This document shows positions 48,598 through 61,747 of a stretch of 64,000 nucleotides of DNA, one piece after another. Origin of the DNA: Mobula hypostoma (lineage: Eukaryota). Each line of letters starts with the position of its first letter. Position 1 is the stretch's first letter. The notes below the pieces were generated by a model. The model did not search any database, was not told the DNA's origin, and saw nothing but the letters and a program-made list of their open reading frames with translations. The stretch is taken from contig NC_086103.1 of assembly GCF_963921235.1 (NCBI RefSeq), positions 100,316,001 through 100,380,000 on the forward strand, read 5' to 3'. The position numbers were made by a program, and so were the translations under genes.

Positions 48598-48829
48598 GAT
48601 AGGTGGAAGCAGGCAAAGGCAATAAGGCCAATGGAGCCAGCTGAGGGGAATGGAGAATAAAGATGGAGACAGAGCATGGAGGGTGATAAACAGGGACACA
48701 AAGGATACAAAGTGCTTTGAGTGGTAAGGAAGGTGATGATCGGAGCGTGGACAGTAAAACCAGAAAAGACTGAAATAAACACTGTTATTTGTAACCAACA
48801 AAAGAACAGGTGTAGCTGAAGCCTATTGA

Positions 48830-49305
48830 GTGTTTCCTCCATCTACTCCTTTTGTTTTGTAGCAAGTGAGAGAAATCAAAGAGGAGTTGGTCTGTTTGAG
48901 AGCAATACCTACAAGGTGTGAATGGGAATGTTGGTAAAGGGGAATGAGTTGGATCTTTAATGCAATAGAGTTCAAGGAATAAGTAGTGATTGAAATCTTG
49001 GCAGAATAGAATCAAGGTATGAGGAGATAAGTTCAGTGGGGCAAATACACACAGAGGGAAAAAGTCAACCAGGTCAGTCCTGCAGTGGATCTCGGGTAGG
49101 AGATAGAAGCAGGAAGTGCAGGATTGGAGGACCATCAGTCTGGTGGCTAATATGAAATTTGTAACAGTGACGGAGACAGCAGTCTGGGTCATGGCCCAGG
49201 GATAGCTATGAGGAGGTATCCAAGAGCAGTTTGCGGCCTTTTCAAAATAGAGATCAGTCTACTAGACTGCAATGAAACCATCCTTGTCTGTTGCTTTGAT
49301 AACTA
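48830..49305 (-). mobile_element. Penelope-like RT N-terminal remnant
   Basis: Minus strand VIKATDKDG..TDLY (compare VIKPADKGG..TDLY) and FYLLPEIH (compare FYLLPKIHK). Confidence 0.7.
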
Positions 49306-49306
49306 G

Positions 49307-49560
49307 TGTAATACTCTGGTTCACATCTTTATTGTTATGCTGTAGGTATTTCATTTAGCAGTTCTGTAACAGCAGTCTGTTCTGTTTTCAGCCTGTTTGG
49401 GTTATGGCTGAAGATAAGTGATGATGAGGAATGTGTGCCATCCAATTAGCGGGAGGTTTTCTTGGTGAGGGACATTAAGGTTGGTCTTGGTTTTTTTTTG
49501 GTTCAGCAGGAGATGAAGAGAGAAGATGCTGGTGTTTGGCGTGGGCGAGCCATTTCAATC
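49307..49560 (+). mobile_element. Possible LTR fragment
   Basis: Begins TGTAATA abruptly where the PLE remnant stops and has a CCAAT-containing interior; no matching end found. Confidence 0.3.
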
Positions 49561-51038
49561 TCACAAATTTGGCGGCACTGTTGAGTATCTTCCCTAGGCT
49601 TATGCAGCCAAGGAACTCAAGGGGTTTCACTAGATTTTTGATCGGGCCCAAGTGAGAGCAGGTCATCAAACACAGATGAGGATGTGGTTGATAGAGCTCT
49701 TGCATTTCCACGATTTCCCAGATTTCTGTCTCACTGCTGCATCTTCCTCCAAATAGAGCAGAGGTAGATTTCCCCTCGTCCGCACCTTCCATCTTTACAA
49801 TGCTTCAGATCTATTTCTGCCAGTTTATCACCACTTGCTCTCTGCACCTGGTGTCCTTTCCCTGTCATTTTTCAGCCTCGTTGGTGCTCTTGTCACCTTT
49901 CAACCTCTCCTCTTTATACTATTTATCTTCATTAGCCCTAATGCAGGGCATCAACACCAATTCCTTTCCCCCCCACAAAAACTGTTGAGTTCCTCAAGCT
50001 GTTTGTTAAATAGATTAACGTCATCTATGATATTTATCCTTGAGGAGATTCTTCAAATGATATGCAAATCTTTATCAAGGGAACAGGAATCACTTTCCTA
50101 TATTTTAATTCTGCCCAGCTTCATCAATCTCATCACCATCACTGCTCACAGAGTTGTAGAAACACATACTTTCCCATCAATTCAACTTACTGCTCCAGGA
50201 GACAAAATAACAAAGGAAACAGTAGATAGAGTACCTGTCGAATGCCTTGTTTGAGAATGGAGACCCCATATGAAAAAGTGTAGGAAATGGAATATATAAT
50301 AGCTTTTACAAGAGAGCTTGTGATGATACACTCAGTAAGTTTCTGAAATTGCTTTAAGGACTGGGAAATGAAATTAAAGAACAGAAGTAAGACGTAAAGA
50401 AGTAAAGTGCCAAAGAAAAGGGAAATTATGTATTGTGCATTGAATCCCATTAAAAAAAACAGACTTTTCTTTTATGACCTACTTAAACCATAAGGAGTGA
50501 AAAGATGTGGTATGATGTAAGCTAACCAATAAAATTTAAAAATATATCATCAGTTCACTGAGATATATAATAAAAGAGGTGAGAGTGAATATCGGACCAC
50601 TGGAAAGTTATGCTGAAGAGGTAGTATTGGGGGACAAAGAAATGGAAGACATACCTAATAAGTATTTTTCTTCAGTCTTCATTGTGGAAGACACTAGCAG
50701 TGTGCTAGAAATGCGAGTGTTAGGCAGCAGAAGTTAATGTAGTTGATATCACTAAGGAGAAGGTGTGTGAGAAGCTGAAAGATCTGAAGTTAAATGAGTC
50801 ACCAATGCAAAATAGACTACACCACAGGGTTCTGAAAGAGATAGCTGAAAAGATTGTGGAGGCAATAGTAGGGATACTTCAATAATCACTAGATTCTAGG
50901 AGGACTAGAAAATTGCCAATATCATTCTACCCATTAAGAAGGGAGGGAGGTAGAAGAAACAAAATTAGGTCAGTTAGCCCAACTTCAGTGGTTGAGAATG
51001 TGTTAGAGATCGTTACTAAGAATGAGATTTCAGGGAAT

Positions 51039-52743
51039 CTTTCTTTGCGTCTGTATTTACTAAGGAAACTGGCATGAAGTCTATGGAGTTAAGGGAAATA
51101 AGTAGTGAGATCATGGAAACTGTACAGATTGAAAAGGAGGAGGTGCTTGCTGTCTTGAGGAAAATTAAAGTGGATAAATCCCCAGGACCTGACAGGGTGT
51201 TCCCTCGGACCTTGAAGGAGACTAGTGTTGAAATTGCAGGGGCCCTGACAGAAATAGTTAAAATGTCGCTGTCTACAGGTGAGGTGCCAGAGGACTGGAG
51301 AGTGGCTCATGTTGTTCCGTTGTTTAAAAAAGGATCGAAAAGTAATCCGGGAAATTATAGGCCGGTAAGTTTAACATCGGTAGTAGGTAAGTTATTGGAG
51401 GGAGTGCTAAGAGACAGAATCTACAAGCATTTGGATAGACAGGGACTTATTAGGGAGAGTCAACATGGCTTTGTGCGTGGTAGGTCATGTTTGACCAAAC
51501 TCTTGGAGTTTTTCGATGAGGTTACCAGGAAAGTGGATGAAGGGAAGGCAGTGGATATTGTCTACATGGACTTCAGTAAAGCCTTTGACAAGGTCCCGCA
51601 TGGGAGGTTAGTTAGGAAAATTCAGTCGCTAGGTATACATGGAGAGGTGGTAAATTGGATTAGACATTGGCTCAATGGTAGAAGCCAAAGAGTGGTAGTA
51701 GAGAATTGCCTCTCCGAGTGGAGGCCTGTGACTAGTGGTGTGCCACAGGGATCAGTGCTGGGTCCATTGTTATTTGTCATCTATATCAATGATCTGGACG
51801 ATAATGTGGTAAATTGGATCAGCAAATTTGCTGATGATACAAAGATTGGAGGTGTAGTAGACAGTGAGGAAGGTTTTCAGAGCCTGCAGAGGGACTTGGA
51901 CCAGCTGGAAAAGTGGGCTGAAAAATGGCAGATGGAGTTTAATACAGACAAGTGTGAGGTATTGCACATTGGAAAGACAAACCAAGGTAGAACATACAGG
52001 GTAATGGTAAGGCACTGAGGAGTGCAGTAGAACAGAGGGATCTGGGAATACAGATACAAAATTCCCTAAAAGTGGCATCACAGGTAGATAAAGTCGTAAA
52101 GAGAGCTTTTGGTACATTGGCCTTTATTAATCAAAGTATTGAGTATAAGAGCTGGAATGTTGTGATGAGGTCGTATAAGGCAATGGTGAGGCCGAATCTG
52201 GAGTATTGTGTTCAGTTTTGGTCACCAAATTACAGGAAGGATACAAATAAGGTTGAAAGAGTGCAGAGAAGGTTTACAAGGATGTTGCCAGGACTTGAGA
52301 AACTCAGTTACAGAGAAAGGTTGAATAGGTTAGTACTTTATTCCCTGGAGCGTAGAAGAATGAGGGGAGATTTGATAGAGGTTTATAAAATTATGATGGG
52401 TATAGATAGAGTGAATGCAAGCAGGCTTTTTCCACTGAGGCAATGGGAGAAAAAAACCAGAGGACATGGGTTAAGGGTGAGGGGGGAAAAGTTTAAAGGG
52501 AACATTAGAGGGGGCTTCTTCACACAGAGAGTGGTGGGAGTATGGAATGAGCTGCCGGACGAGGTGGTAAATGGGGGTTCTTTTTTAACATTTAAGAATG
52601 AATTGGACAGATACATGGATGGGAGGTGTATAGAGGGATATGGTCCGTGTGCAGGTCAGTGGGACTAGGCAGAAAATGGTTCGGCACAGCCAAGAAGGGC
52701 CAAAGGGCCTGTTTCTGTGCTCTAGTTTTTCTATGGTTTCTAT
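51039..52743 (+). mobile_element. Young CR1 copy nested in the old CR1, TSD GGAAT
   Basis: ORFs 51074-52018 and 52072-52668 (one frameshift), FADD intact, (TTCTATGG)n tail; GGAAT at 51034-51038 and 52744-52748. Confidence 0.95.
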
Positions 52744-53891
52744 GGAATTTGGAGGTTTGTGATAAAGTACAAAGTCAGCTGCGCTTCATTAAGGAGACAC
52801 CTTGCCTGACAAATGTATTGAAATTCAGCAGGATAGAGAGTCAGTGGGTATTATTTATTTGAATTTGCTGAAGGCCTTTAATAAGGTACTGCACATGAGA
52901 AGGAATTGGGAGAATGGGCAAAGAAGAGGCAGACGGAATATAGCGTAGGGAAGTGAATGGCCATGCACTTGATAGTAGGAACATACTGTATTTATAGACT
53001 ATTTTCTAAACAGGAAAAAAATTCAAAAATCAGAGGTGCAAAGGGACTTGGGAGTCCTTAAAACATAGAACACAGAAGAGTATAGCATAGGAACAGCCCA
53101 TTGGCCTACAATGCTGTGCCGTTTCAGGTAAAAAGTGAATCAAAAACACCCGAGCATTAATCCCACCTACCTGCACAATATCCATATCCCTCCATCTTCC
53201 TCATATCCATGTGCCTATCTAAATGTCTTTTAAAAATGTCTAATTTATTTGCCTCTATCACCATACCAGGCAGTGCTTTCCAGGCATCCATCACTCTCCG
53301 AGTCAAAAACGTACCCCTCACATCCCCTTTGAACCTACTCCTTCTCACCTTCAATGCATCCTCTCTGGTATTAGACATTTCAACCCTGGAAACAGATACT
53401 CTACCAATGCCTCTCATAATCTTATAAACCTCTATCTGACCTCCCCTCAGCCTCTGCTGTTCCACAGAAAACAACCCAAGCTTATCCTGCCTTTTATGAC
53501 AGCACAAGCCCTCTAAACCAGGCAGCACCCTGGTAAACCTCTTCTGCACTCTCTCCAAAACCTCAACATCCTTCCTATAGTGGGTGACCAGATATGGACA
53601 TAATACTCCAGCTGTGGCCTAACCAGACTTTTATAAAGTTGTAACATAACTTCCTGACTTTTGAACTCAATGCCTCAACTAATAAAAGAAAACATCCATT
53701 ATCCTTCTTAACCACCTTATCAACCTGTGTAGCCACTTTCAATGAGCTATGAACTTGGATCCCAAGATCTGTCTTCTCAGCAACACAATTAAGGGCCTTG
53801 CCCTTAACAGTATATTGTTTCCTTGCAGTTATGCTACCAAAGTGCAATGCCTCACATTTATTTAGATTAAACTCCATCTGCCATTTCTCTG

Positions 53892-55097
53892 TGTCACAAA
53901 TGGCGGGACATTGGGAGCAAGGGTGAACCCAAATGCAAGACACATCTTGTGAAGTTACTTAGATTTAGTCTATTGTTCGATACCAGGAGAGCAAGGCAGG
54001 AGCAGGAGTAGCGAACTGGACAAGGACTGAGGACTACGACTAGGCTGGGACCAAGAGTCTGGGCTTGGACTCGGAATCGGCTCCCAGAACTAGAGGAGAC
54101 ATGAAGAGACTAGGGTATGGACTCCGAGCCAGAGACTGGGCAAGGACCCTGTACCTGGGACTTGTCTTGGGCTCAGACCCCAGAACCAGGCAAGGACATG
54201 ACATAGGCAAGGGAAAGGAGGAACATGGGAACACAGAGCCTCGGTCTCGGGGAGCAGGTACATGGAACCATGGACACACACACAGAACACAGAGTCGGGA
54301 CCCCTCCTTGGGTACAGGACATAGGGCCGGGACTCATGACCCTCCGTGGGGCAATGGCAAGATGGCCTGACTTACCCCACGGAGGTGAGGTCAAGACAAG
54401 ACAAGACCAATGCGAATGAACACCAGACAGTACCTATCTAGCTCTGATGATGGAACTAGACCAAAGTGCAGGCGGGGGCTGTAGACGAGGGCTAGAGGTG
54501 AGAGGGGCAGAGAAGGGGATTCACACAAGGGGGTAGGACAGGAATCACAGACCGCCAGGGCCAGGACTTGACTCAGAACTGGGAAGCCGCCAGGCCCAGG
54601 ACTTGACTTGATACTTGAATGCCCCCGGAGCCAGGACTTGACTTGGTACTTGATTGCCGCCGGAGCCAGGACTTGACTTGGAGCCTCCGGGTAGTGGCGA
54701 ACTCTCGACTCGGCCCGGGAACAGTAGAGAGCGGTTCTTGATTCCCTGTGGCGGGTTAACTGATGGACCCACCTCGGTGAGGAAACTTTGCAGGCTCGTT
54801 TTGGTGAGGTAACTTGACAGAGTTGCTCTGGTGAGGAAAAGTGAATTACCGGCACTCACTTCGGGCGGAGACTAGTCTTGCTCCGGCCAGATGACAATGG
54901 CACGCCGTACCTTGGTGACTTTGCAAACGCTCCCACACCGAACGGCTGAAAGCCGAAGACTATAAACTACCGGTTCAGCCGAGTGTTAATTGCCTCTAAT
55001 CACCAAAGTCGAGGGACACAGGAAAACAGGGAATCAACGGTCCGGATCGTAACATAAACAAGCTAAATTTAATGGGACCCCGATCCGGACCATGATA
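53892..55097 (-). mobile_element. Solo LTR (1206 bp) with 5-bp TSD CTCTG
   Basis: TGTCAC...ATGATA termini; CTCTG at 53887-53891 and 55098-55102; splits the CR1 codons at ..AEKWQMEFN. Minus-strand end ttgcatttgggttc...gtgaca resembles fish Gypsy LTR ends. Confidence 0.88.
54558..54682. repeat. 33-bp-period tandem repeat inside the LTR
   Basis: CCAGGACTTGACT occurs four times at ~33-bp spacing; a second array (GGTGAGG.AA x3) lies at 54776-54840. Confidence 0.85.
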
Positions 55098-56844
55098 CTC
55101 TGACCATATCTGCAACTGATCTATATTGCGCTGGAAGTTTGCCAGTCTTCTACACTATCTACAACTTTGCCAATCTTACTACCATCCGCAAACTTACTAA
55201 CCCACCCATCTACATTCTCATCCGGGTCATTTATAGACATCACAGACAGTAGAGGTCTCAGCACAGATCCCTGTGGAACACCACTAATTACAGATCTCCA
55301 GCTGGAATAAGACCCTTAACCACTACCTTCTGTTTTCTATGCACAAGCCAGGTCTCAGTCCTGACAGCTAATGCACCATGGACCCCATGCATGTTCATCT
55401 GCTGGATTAGTCTCCCTTGAGGGTCTTTGACAAATGCCTGACTAAAATCCATGTAGACAACATCCACTGCCCTACACTCATCAACCTCTCTCATCACCTT
55501 GTCAAAAAACTCAATCAAGATAGTAAGGTTGCCATGCACAAAGCCAAGCTGGCTTTTGCAAATTAGACCACAATTTTCCAAGAGCTCATGTATCTTATCC
55601 CCAAGAATTTTCTCCAGCAAATTCCCTGCAGCTGATGTGAAACTTTCCAGTTTATAGTTCCCAGGATTTTCCCTTGTTCCCTTCCTAAATAGAACTACAA
55701 CATCAGCCACTCACTAGTCCTCCAGGATCTCGTCTGTGCCTAGAGAGGACATGAAGTTACTAGTCAATGCCCCAGTTGTCTTGTGCCTTGCCTCCTTGAA
55801 TAACCTGGGATAAATCCCATCGGACCCTGGGGACCTATCTACCTTAATACTCATTAGGAGGCCTAACACTTTCTCCTCCTTGACCTCTAAATGCTCTAAC
55901 ATATTTATACACTCAGCACTGATCTCCTGGCCCTCCATGTCATTTTCCTTGGTAAATACTGAAGCAAAGTCTTCATTAAGTACCTCACCCATTCTTTGCA
56001 TCCAAGCAAATGTTCCCCCCTTTATGCATCAGTAGTCCCATCCTCTTGCTCTTGATGTATGGAAGGGATGCCTTGGGATTTACCTTATTCCTACTTGCCA
56101 AGAATTTTTCATGACCCCTTCTGCCTTTCCTAATTCCCTCTTTTAGTTATTTAAACTCCTCATGTGCTTCATTTGATCCTCCAAAGCTTTACAAATTTTT
56201 CCTTTTTATTCTTGACTAAATTCATTACCTCTCTGGACATTGAATGTTCTTTTATCTTTTCTTCCCATCCTTCCTTCTAACAGGAGCATACACTTCCTGT
56301 ACTCTGTGCAATTGATCTTTAAACACCCTCCACATGTCTAAAGTAGACTTGCCAGAAAAAAGGTGTTCCCAATTTCTAGTTCCTGCCCCATGCCCTCGTA
56401 ATTTGGCCTACTCCAATTTAAAACTCCCACAAGAACCTATCCTTCTTTGGGATTCCTTAAATGTTCACTTGCAGGATTAGTCATTGGCAAGGAAGGCAAA
56501 TGCAGTGCTGGCTTTCATTTAAGAGGACTAGCATATAAAAGCAATGGTGCAATGCTGATGCTTTATAATGCATTGATCAGACTGCCCTTGGAGCATCATG
56601 AGCTGTTTTGGGACACATCTCTAAGACAATACCGGCATTGGAGACAGTCCGGAGGTGTTTCATGAGGATGATTCATGGAATGTAAGGGTTAATGTATGAG
56701 GAGCATTTGATGGCTCTGGGCTTGCTCTTGCTAGAGTTCAGAAGAATGAGGAGGGGAAATCTAATTGAAACCTATCGAATATTGAAAGACACTATTAGAA
56801 TGGATTTGGAGATGATGCTATAGTGGGTGATTCTCAAACCAGAG

Positions 56845-59634
56845 AGCATGGATTGATACCTGGAAATATGATGTTGTAGCTATTAGTGGTTGCAGGAGTC
56901 GTGTGATTGGCAGCTAAATATTCCAGGATTTCGTTGCTTCAGATGTGACAGAATAGGAGGGGCAAGAGGGGGAGGTGTTGCATTGCTTGTCAGAGATTAT
57001 ATAACAGCGCTGCTCTGGCGGGATAGATTACTGGACTCATCTAGGGAGGCTATTTGGGTGGAATTGAGGAATAGGAAAGGTGTTATGACGCTTATTATAG
57101 ACAACCTAATAGGGACCGAGAACTGGAGAAGCAGACTTGTAAGGAGATAGCAGATATTTGTAGTAAGCACAAGGTTGTGATTGTGGGAGATTTTAATTTT
57201 CCACACATAGACTGGGAAGCCCATTCTGTAAAAGGGCTGGATGGTTTGGAGTTTGTAAAATGTGTGCAGGATAGTTTTTTGAAGCAATACATAGAGGTAC
57301 CAACTAGAAAAGGAGCAGTGTTGGATCTCCTGTTAGGGAATGAGACAGGGCAGGTGACGGAGGTATCTGTCGGGGAGCTTTTTTGGGTCCAGTGATCACA
57401 ATACCATTAGTTTCAGTGTAATTATGGAGAAGGATAGGAGTGGACCTAGGATTGAGATTTCTGATTGGAGAAAGGCTAACTTTGAGAAGGTACGAAATGA
57501 TTTAGAAGGAGTGGATTGGGACAATTTGTTTTATGGGAAGGATGTAACAGAGAAATGGAGGTCATTTAAAGGTGAAATTTTGAGGGTTCAGAATTTTTAT
57601 GTTCCTGTTAGGTTGAAAGGAAAGGTTAAAAGTTTGAGAGAGCCATGGTTTTCAAGAGATATTAGAAATTTGGTTCAGGAAAAGAGAGAGATCTTCAATA
57701 AATATAGGCAGCTTGGAGTTAATGAGGTACTCGAGGAATATAAAGAATGTAAATAGAATCTTAAGAAAGAAATCAGAAAAGCTAAAAGAAGATACGAGGC
57801 TGCTTTGGCAAGTCAGATGAAAATAAATCCAAAAGGTTTCTACAGTTATGTTAGTGGCAAAAGGATAGTGAGAGATAAAATTGGTCCCTTGGAGAACCAG
57901 AGTGGAAGGCTATGTGCGGAGCCAAAAGAGATGGAGTAGATTCTGAACAATTTCTTTTCTTTGGTATTCACGAAGGAGAAGGATATTGAATTGTGTAAGG
58001 TAAAGGAAACAAGTAGGGTAGTCATGGAAAGTATGACAATTAAAGAAGAGGAAGTACTGACACTTTTAAGGAATATAAAAGTGGATAAGTCTCCGGGTCC
58101 GGACAAGATATTCCCTGGGACTTTGAGGGAAGTTAGTGTCGAAATAATAGGGGCTCTGACAGAAATATTTCAAATGTCATTAGAAACGGGATGGTGCCGG
58201 AGGATTGGTGTATTGCTCATGTTGTTCCATTGTTTAAAAATGGTTTTAAGAGTAAACCTGGCAATTATCGGCCTGTGAGTTTGACATCCGTGGTGGGTAA
58301 ATTGATGGAAAGTATTCTTAGAGATGGTATGCATAATTTTCTGTATAGACAGGGTCTGATTAGGAACAGTCAACACGGAATTGTGCGTGGAAGGTCTTGT
58401 TTGACAAGTCTTATTGAATTTTTTGATGAGGTTACTAAGAAAGTTGACAAGGGTAAAACGGTGGATGTTGTCTAGGACTTCAGTAAGGCCTTTGACAAGA
58501 TTCCACATGGAAGGTTAGTTAGGAAGGTTCAATCTTTAGGCATTAATATGGAAGTAGTAAAATGGATTCAGTAGTGGCTGGATGGGAGACACCAGAGAGT
58601 AGTGGTGGATAACTGTGGGTCAGATTGGAGGACGGTGTGTAGTGGTGTGCCTCAGGGATATGTACTGGGTCCAATGTTGTTTGTAATATATATTAATGAT
58701 CTAGGTTATGGGGTGGTAAATTGGATTAGTAAGTATGCAGATGTTACTAAGATAGGTGGTGTTGTGGATGATGAGGTAGGTTTTCAAAACTTGCAGAGAG
58801 ATTTAGGACAGTGGGCTGAAAGAGGGCAGATGGAGTTTAATGCTGAAAAATGTGAGGTGCTACATTTTGGTAGAACTAATCAAAATAGGATATACATGGT
58901 AAATGGTAGGGCATTAAAGAATGCTTTAGAACAGAGGGATCTAGGAATAATGGTGCATAGTTCCCTGAAGATGGAATCTCATGTAGTGAAGAAAGCTTTT
59001 GGTTTGCTGGCCTTTATTAATCAAAGCATTACTATAGGAGTTGGGATGTAATGTTGAATTTATATAAGGCATTGGTAAGACCAAATCTGGAGTATTGTGT
59101 ACAGTTCTGGCCACCGAATTATAGGAAGGATGTCAATAAAATTGAAAGAGTACAGAGGAGGTTTACTAAAATGTTGCCTGGGTTTTATCTCCTAAGTTAC
59201 AGAGAAAGGTTGAACAAGTTAGGTCTTTATTCTTTGGAGTGTAGAATGTTGAGGGGAGACTTGATAGAGGTGTTTAAAATTATGAGGGGGATTGATAGAG
59301 TTGACGTGGTTAGACTTTTTCCATTGAGAGTGGGGAAGATTCAAACAAGAGGGCATGGGTTGAGAATTAGAGGACAAAAGTTTAGGGGTAACATGAGGGG
59401 GAACCTCTTTACTCAGAGAGTGGTAGCTGTGTGGAACGAGCTTCCAGCAGAAGTGGTTGAGGCAGGTTCTATGTTGTCATTTAAAGTTAAATTGGATAGC
59501 TATATGGACAGGAAATGAATGGAGGGTTATGGGTTTTGTGCAGGTCGGTGGGACTAGGATAGATTAAGTGTTCAGCATGGACTAGAAGGGCCGAGATGGC
59601 CTGTTTCCATGCTGTAATTGTTATATGGTTATAT
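56845..59634 (+). mobile_element. CR1 LINE, near-complete ORF2 with many lesions, (TTATATGG)n tail
   Basis: AWIDTWKYDVVAI, GGGVALLV, IVGDFNFP, LDLLLGN (APE), then RT (YADV) and C-terminal FTQRVV.VWNELP. Confidence 0.93.
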
Positions 59635-60149
59635 ACACATTTCATAAACAAAATGCAGATTTGCAAGTGAGCAGTTGTTTCATGTCAAATGCAGAAGAAA
59701 CCATTGCACTGTCAGTGGAGACAGAAAATCACATCTTATATTGAGAGGTGTTACACAGCAGGGTCACTTTGCAAGGATTAAATCTAAATTTTGTTCTGGA
59801 GAGAAGGTGTACACTGAGAGCAATGGTCTAAGATAAGTCAGCAGAGACGATGAACTGTTTCCTATATCTCAGAAGCTACACCGATGCAACATTTTACTGT
59901 TTGATCAAAGGAACATTTGAATATCAAATCTTCAAATTCTGCGCATAGTATGTATTTTTTGACAGTATTGTTTTCCTTCATCTGAGATTTTACCAACAAC
60001 AGGTAAACCAAAGCACCAGGGGGATATCGTCATGCTATCACCATGCTCCCTGAACCACCCACCCCAAAAATTATTTGAAAGCAACCAGCAGAATAAATAA
60101 ATCAATATCAAATAACTTCTTTGAAGAGATAAAAATGATGCTTGATTAG

Positions 60150-60900
60150 GATAGGAATGCAAATATTGTCTACGTGGATAAGTAAAGCACTTGACAAGGT
60201 CCTTCATTATTAGATAGGTCGAGAACATTTTCATATAGGATCCACAGTCACTTGGTAATTTGGATCTAAAACTGATTGGATAATAGAAGACAAAACGTAG
60301 TGATGGAGGTCTGTTTTCCTAACTGGAGGTCCAAGATCAGTGATGTACTATAGGATCTGCTGGGACATCTGTCGTTTGGAACATATATTAATGATCCGAA
60401 TGAAAATGTAAATGGACTGATTAGTAAGTTTGCAAATGAAGTGAAGATTAGTGGAGTTGCATATAGTGTGGAATCTTGTTAAAGAATATAGTCGGATATA
60501 GGTTACTTGGAAATGTGGCAGAAGAATGTCTAATGTGGCTTTTATCTAGTCAAGTGTGAGGGATACAGTTTTGAAGGCTAAATGCAGGAGTAAAGCATTC
60601 AGTAAATGACAGTGCCCTTGGAATATTGATGTAAAGGGGATTCCTGGTTGCAAGTCCATAGCTCAGTGAAAGCAGGAACTCAGATAGATAGGACAGTTAA
60701 AAAGGCACACATACATGCCTTCACTTGTCAGAGCATTGAGTTTAGAAGTTGGAAACTTATATTACAGCCATACAAAACTTTATTTAGGCCACATCTGGAT
60801 TATTATGTGTAGTTCTGGATTACCACAACAGGAAATGTGTGGTGACTTTGGAGTGTTTGTTGAAGACAGTCACCGCACCGAAGTATTACCTGGACTGGTT
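60150..60900 (+). mobile_element. Very degenerate CR1 RT fragment
   Basis: agtaaagcacttgacaaggtcc, tatattaatgat, attagtaagtttgcaaatga and aggccacatctggattattatgtgtagttctgg motifs appear in the expected order. Confidence 0.65.
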
Positions 60901-61694
60901 TAACAAAATAATGATTGACATTTCATATTGAAGCTCCACATGGAAATGAAATGGAAGAGGAGAGATAGGTAGTATATAGAAGAGTGAGGGAGGGCTGTTA
61001 CTAGGTGAGGAGGGGGATAATGGAAAGATGGAGCCAGGTGGAAGAGGGAGAAATCATGGAGTCAGGAGACAGTGGCTAGCGAGTGATAGGTAGTGGTAGA
61101 TAAGTAAAAAGAACAAAAGGTGCATAAGGAGCCATGTAGGGGAGAGGTACAGTTTGAGACAGAAGCTGAAAGGTGACAAGTGGATTCCAGAAGCATTAGA
61201 TGCCAGAATTTAATCCACCAGGAAGGTGATAAATTAAACCAATTTAAGGAGGGATGATGGGTAGTTGTAACGAGGTGGGAGAGAGGGTAGGAGAACTAGA
61301 AGGTGTGTTGTGTGGGTGATAGGTGTTGATCCTAATTATGTAGTGTTAGCTCCATTCACTTAGATACTTTGTTCACATGCCCTGCACCAAACTCTGGAAG
61401 CAGACAAAGTACTTGGAAATCTGTCACAGCAAGAAATTACCAGTAGGATAAAGGAAACAGTTCCAGAAGCTTTCAAACTCTCCTTGCAAAGCTGTAACTT
61501 CCCCACAAACTCACGGGAGTTTCCAGCCCATGACCATTCAAAATGGCATTGGACCATTGTCTATTTGCATTGTGTCTTCCAATTCACATATCTACTGTTC
61601 AAGCACTCCCTCCCTACCTTTCTGTCCCTGAGACTGTGGGTATTACGTTGACTTCATCATTGTAATGGAGACAGGACATCCTTGATCGTAAGGA

Positions 61695-61699
61695 CAGGA

Positions 61700-61730
<31 letters not shown>

Positions 61731-61747
61731 GGAGAAAGAGAGAGGGA
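61695..61747. repeat. Imperfect (GA)n microsatellite
   Basis: gagagagagaaagagagagagaaagagagagagggagaaagagagaggg. Confidence 0.85.

Larger units (their letters stand above)
53061..56444 (-). mobile_element. CR1 copy in reverse orientation nested in the old CR1, itself split by a solo LTR
   Basis: Minus ORFs 55714-56001, 55288-55710, 53575-53943 and 53157-53558 are consecutive ORF2 segments; tail at 53061-53075; TCCTT on both sides. Confidence 0.9.
50545..56850 (+). mobile_element. Old CR1 copy fragmented by nested insertions (host pieces 50545-51038, 52744-53060, 56445-56850)
   Basis: Pieces rejoin as ..EISGNLEV.DK..QSQ..F..CLTN and ..QRDLGVL | DSL.V.LQ..KEGKCSAG..; one further internal deletion near 52900. 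Confidence 0.75.

Noticed and set aside
54558-54682. Regularly spaced 13-bp repeats resembling a CRISPR array
   Set aside because: The spacers are similar to one another, the array is inside a solo LTR in vertebrate DNA, and there are no cas genes.
54040-54859. Cluster of overlapping ORFs up to 154 aa
   Set aside because: A by-product of GC-rich tandem repeats in the LTR; low-complexity translations.
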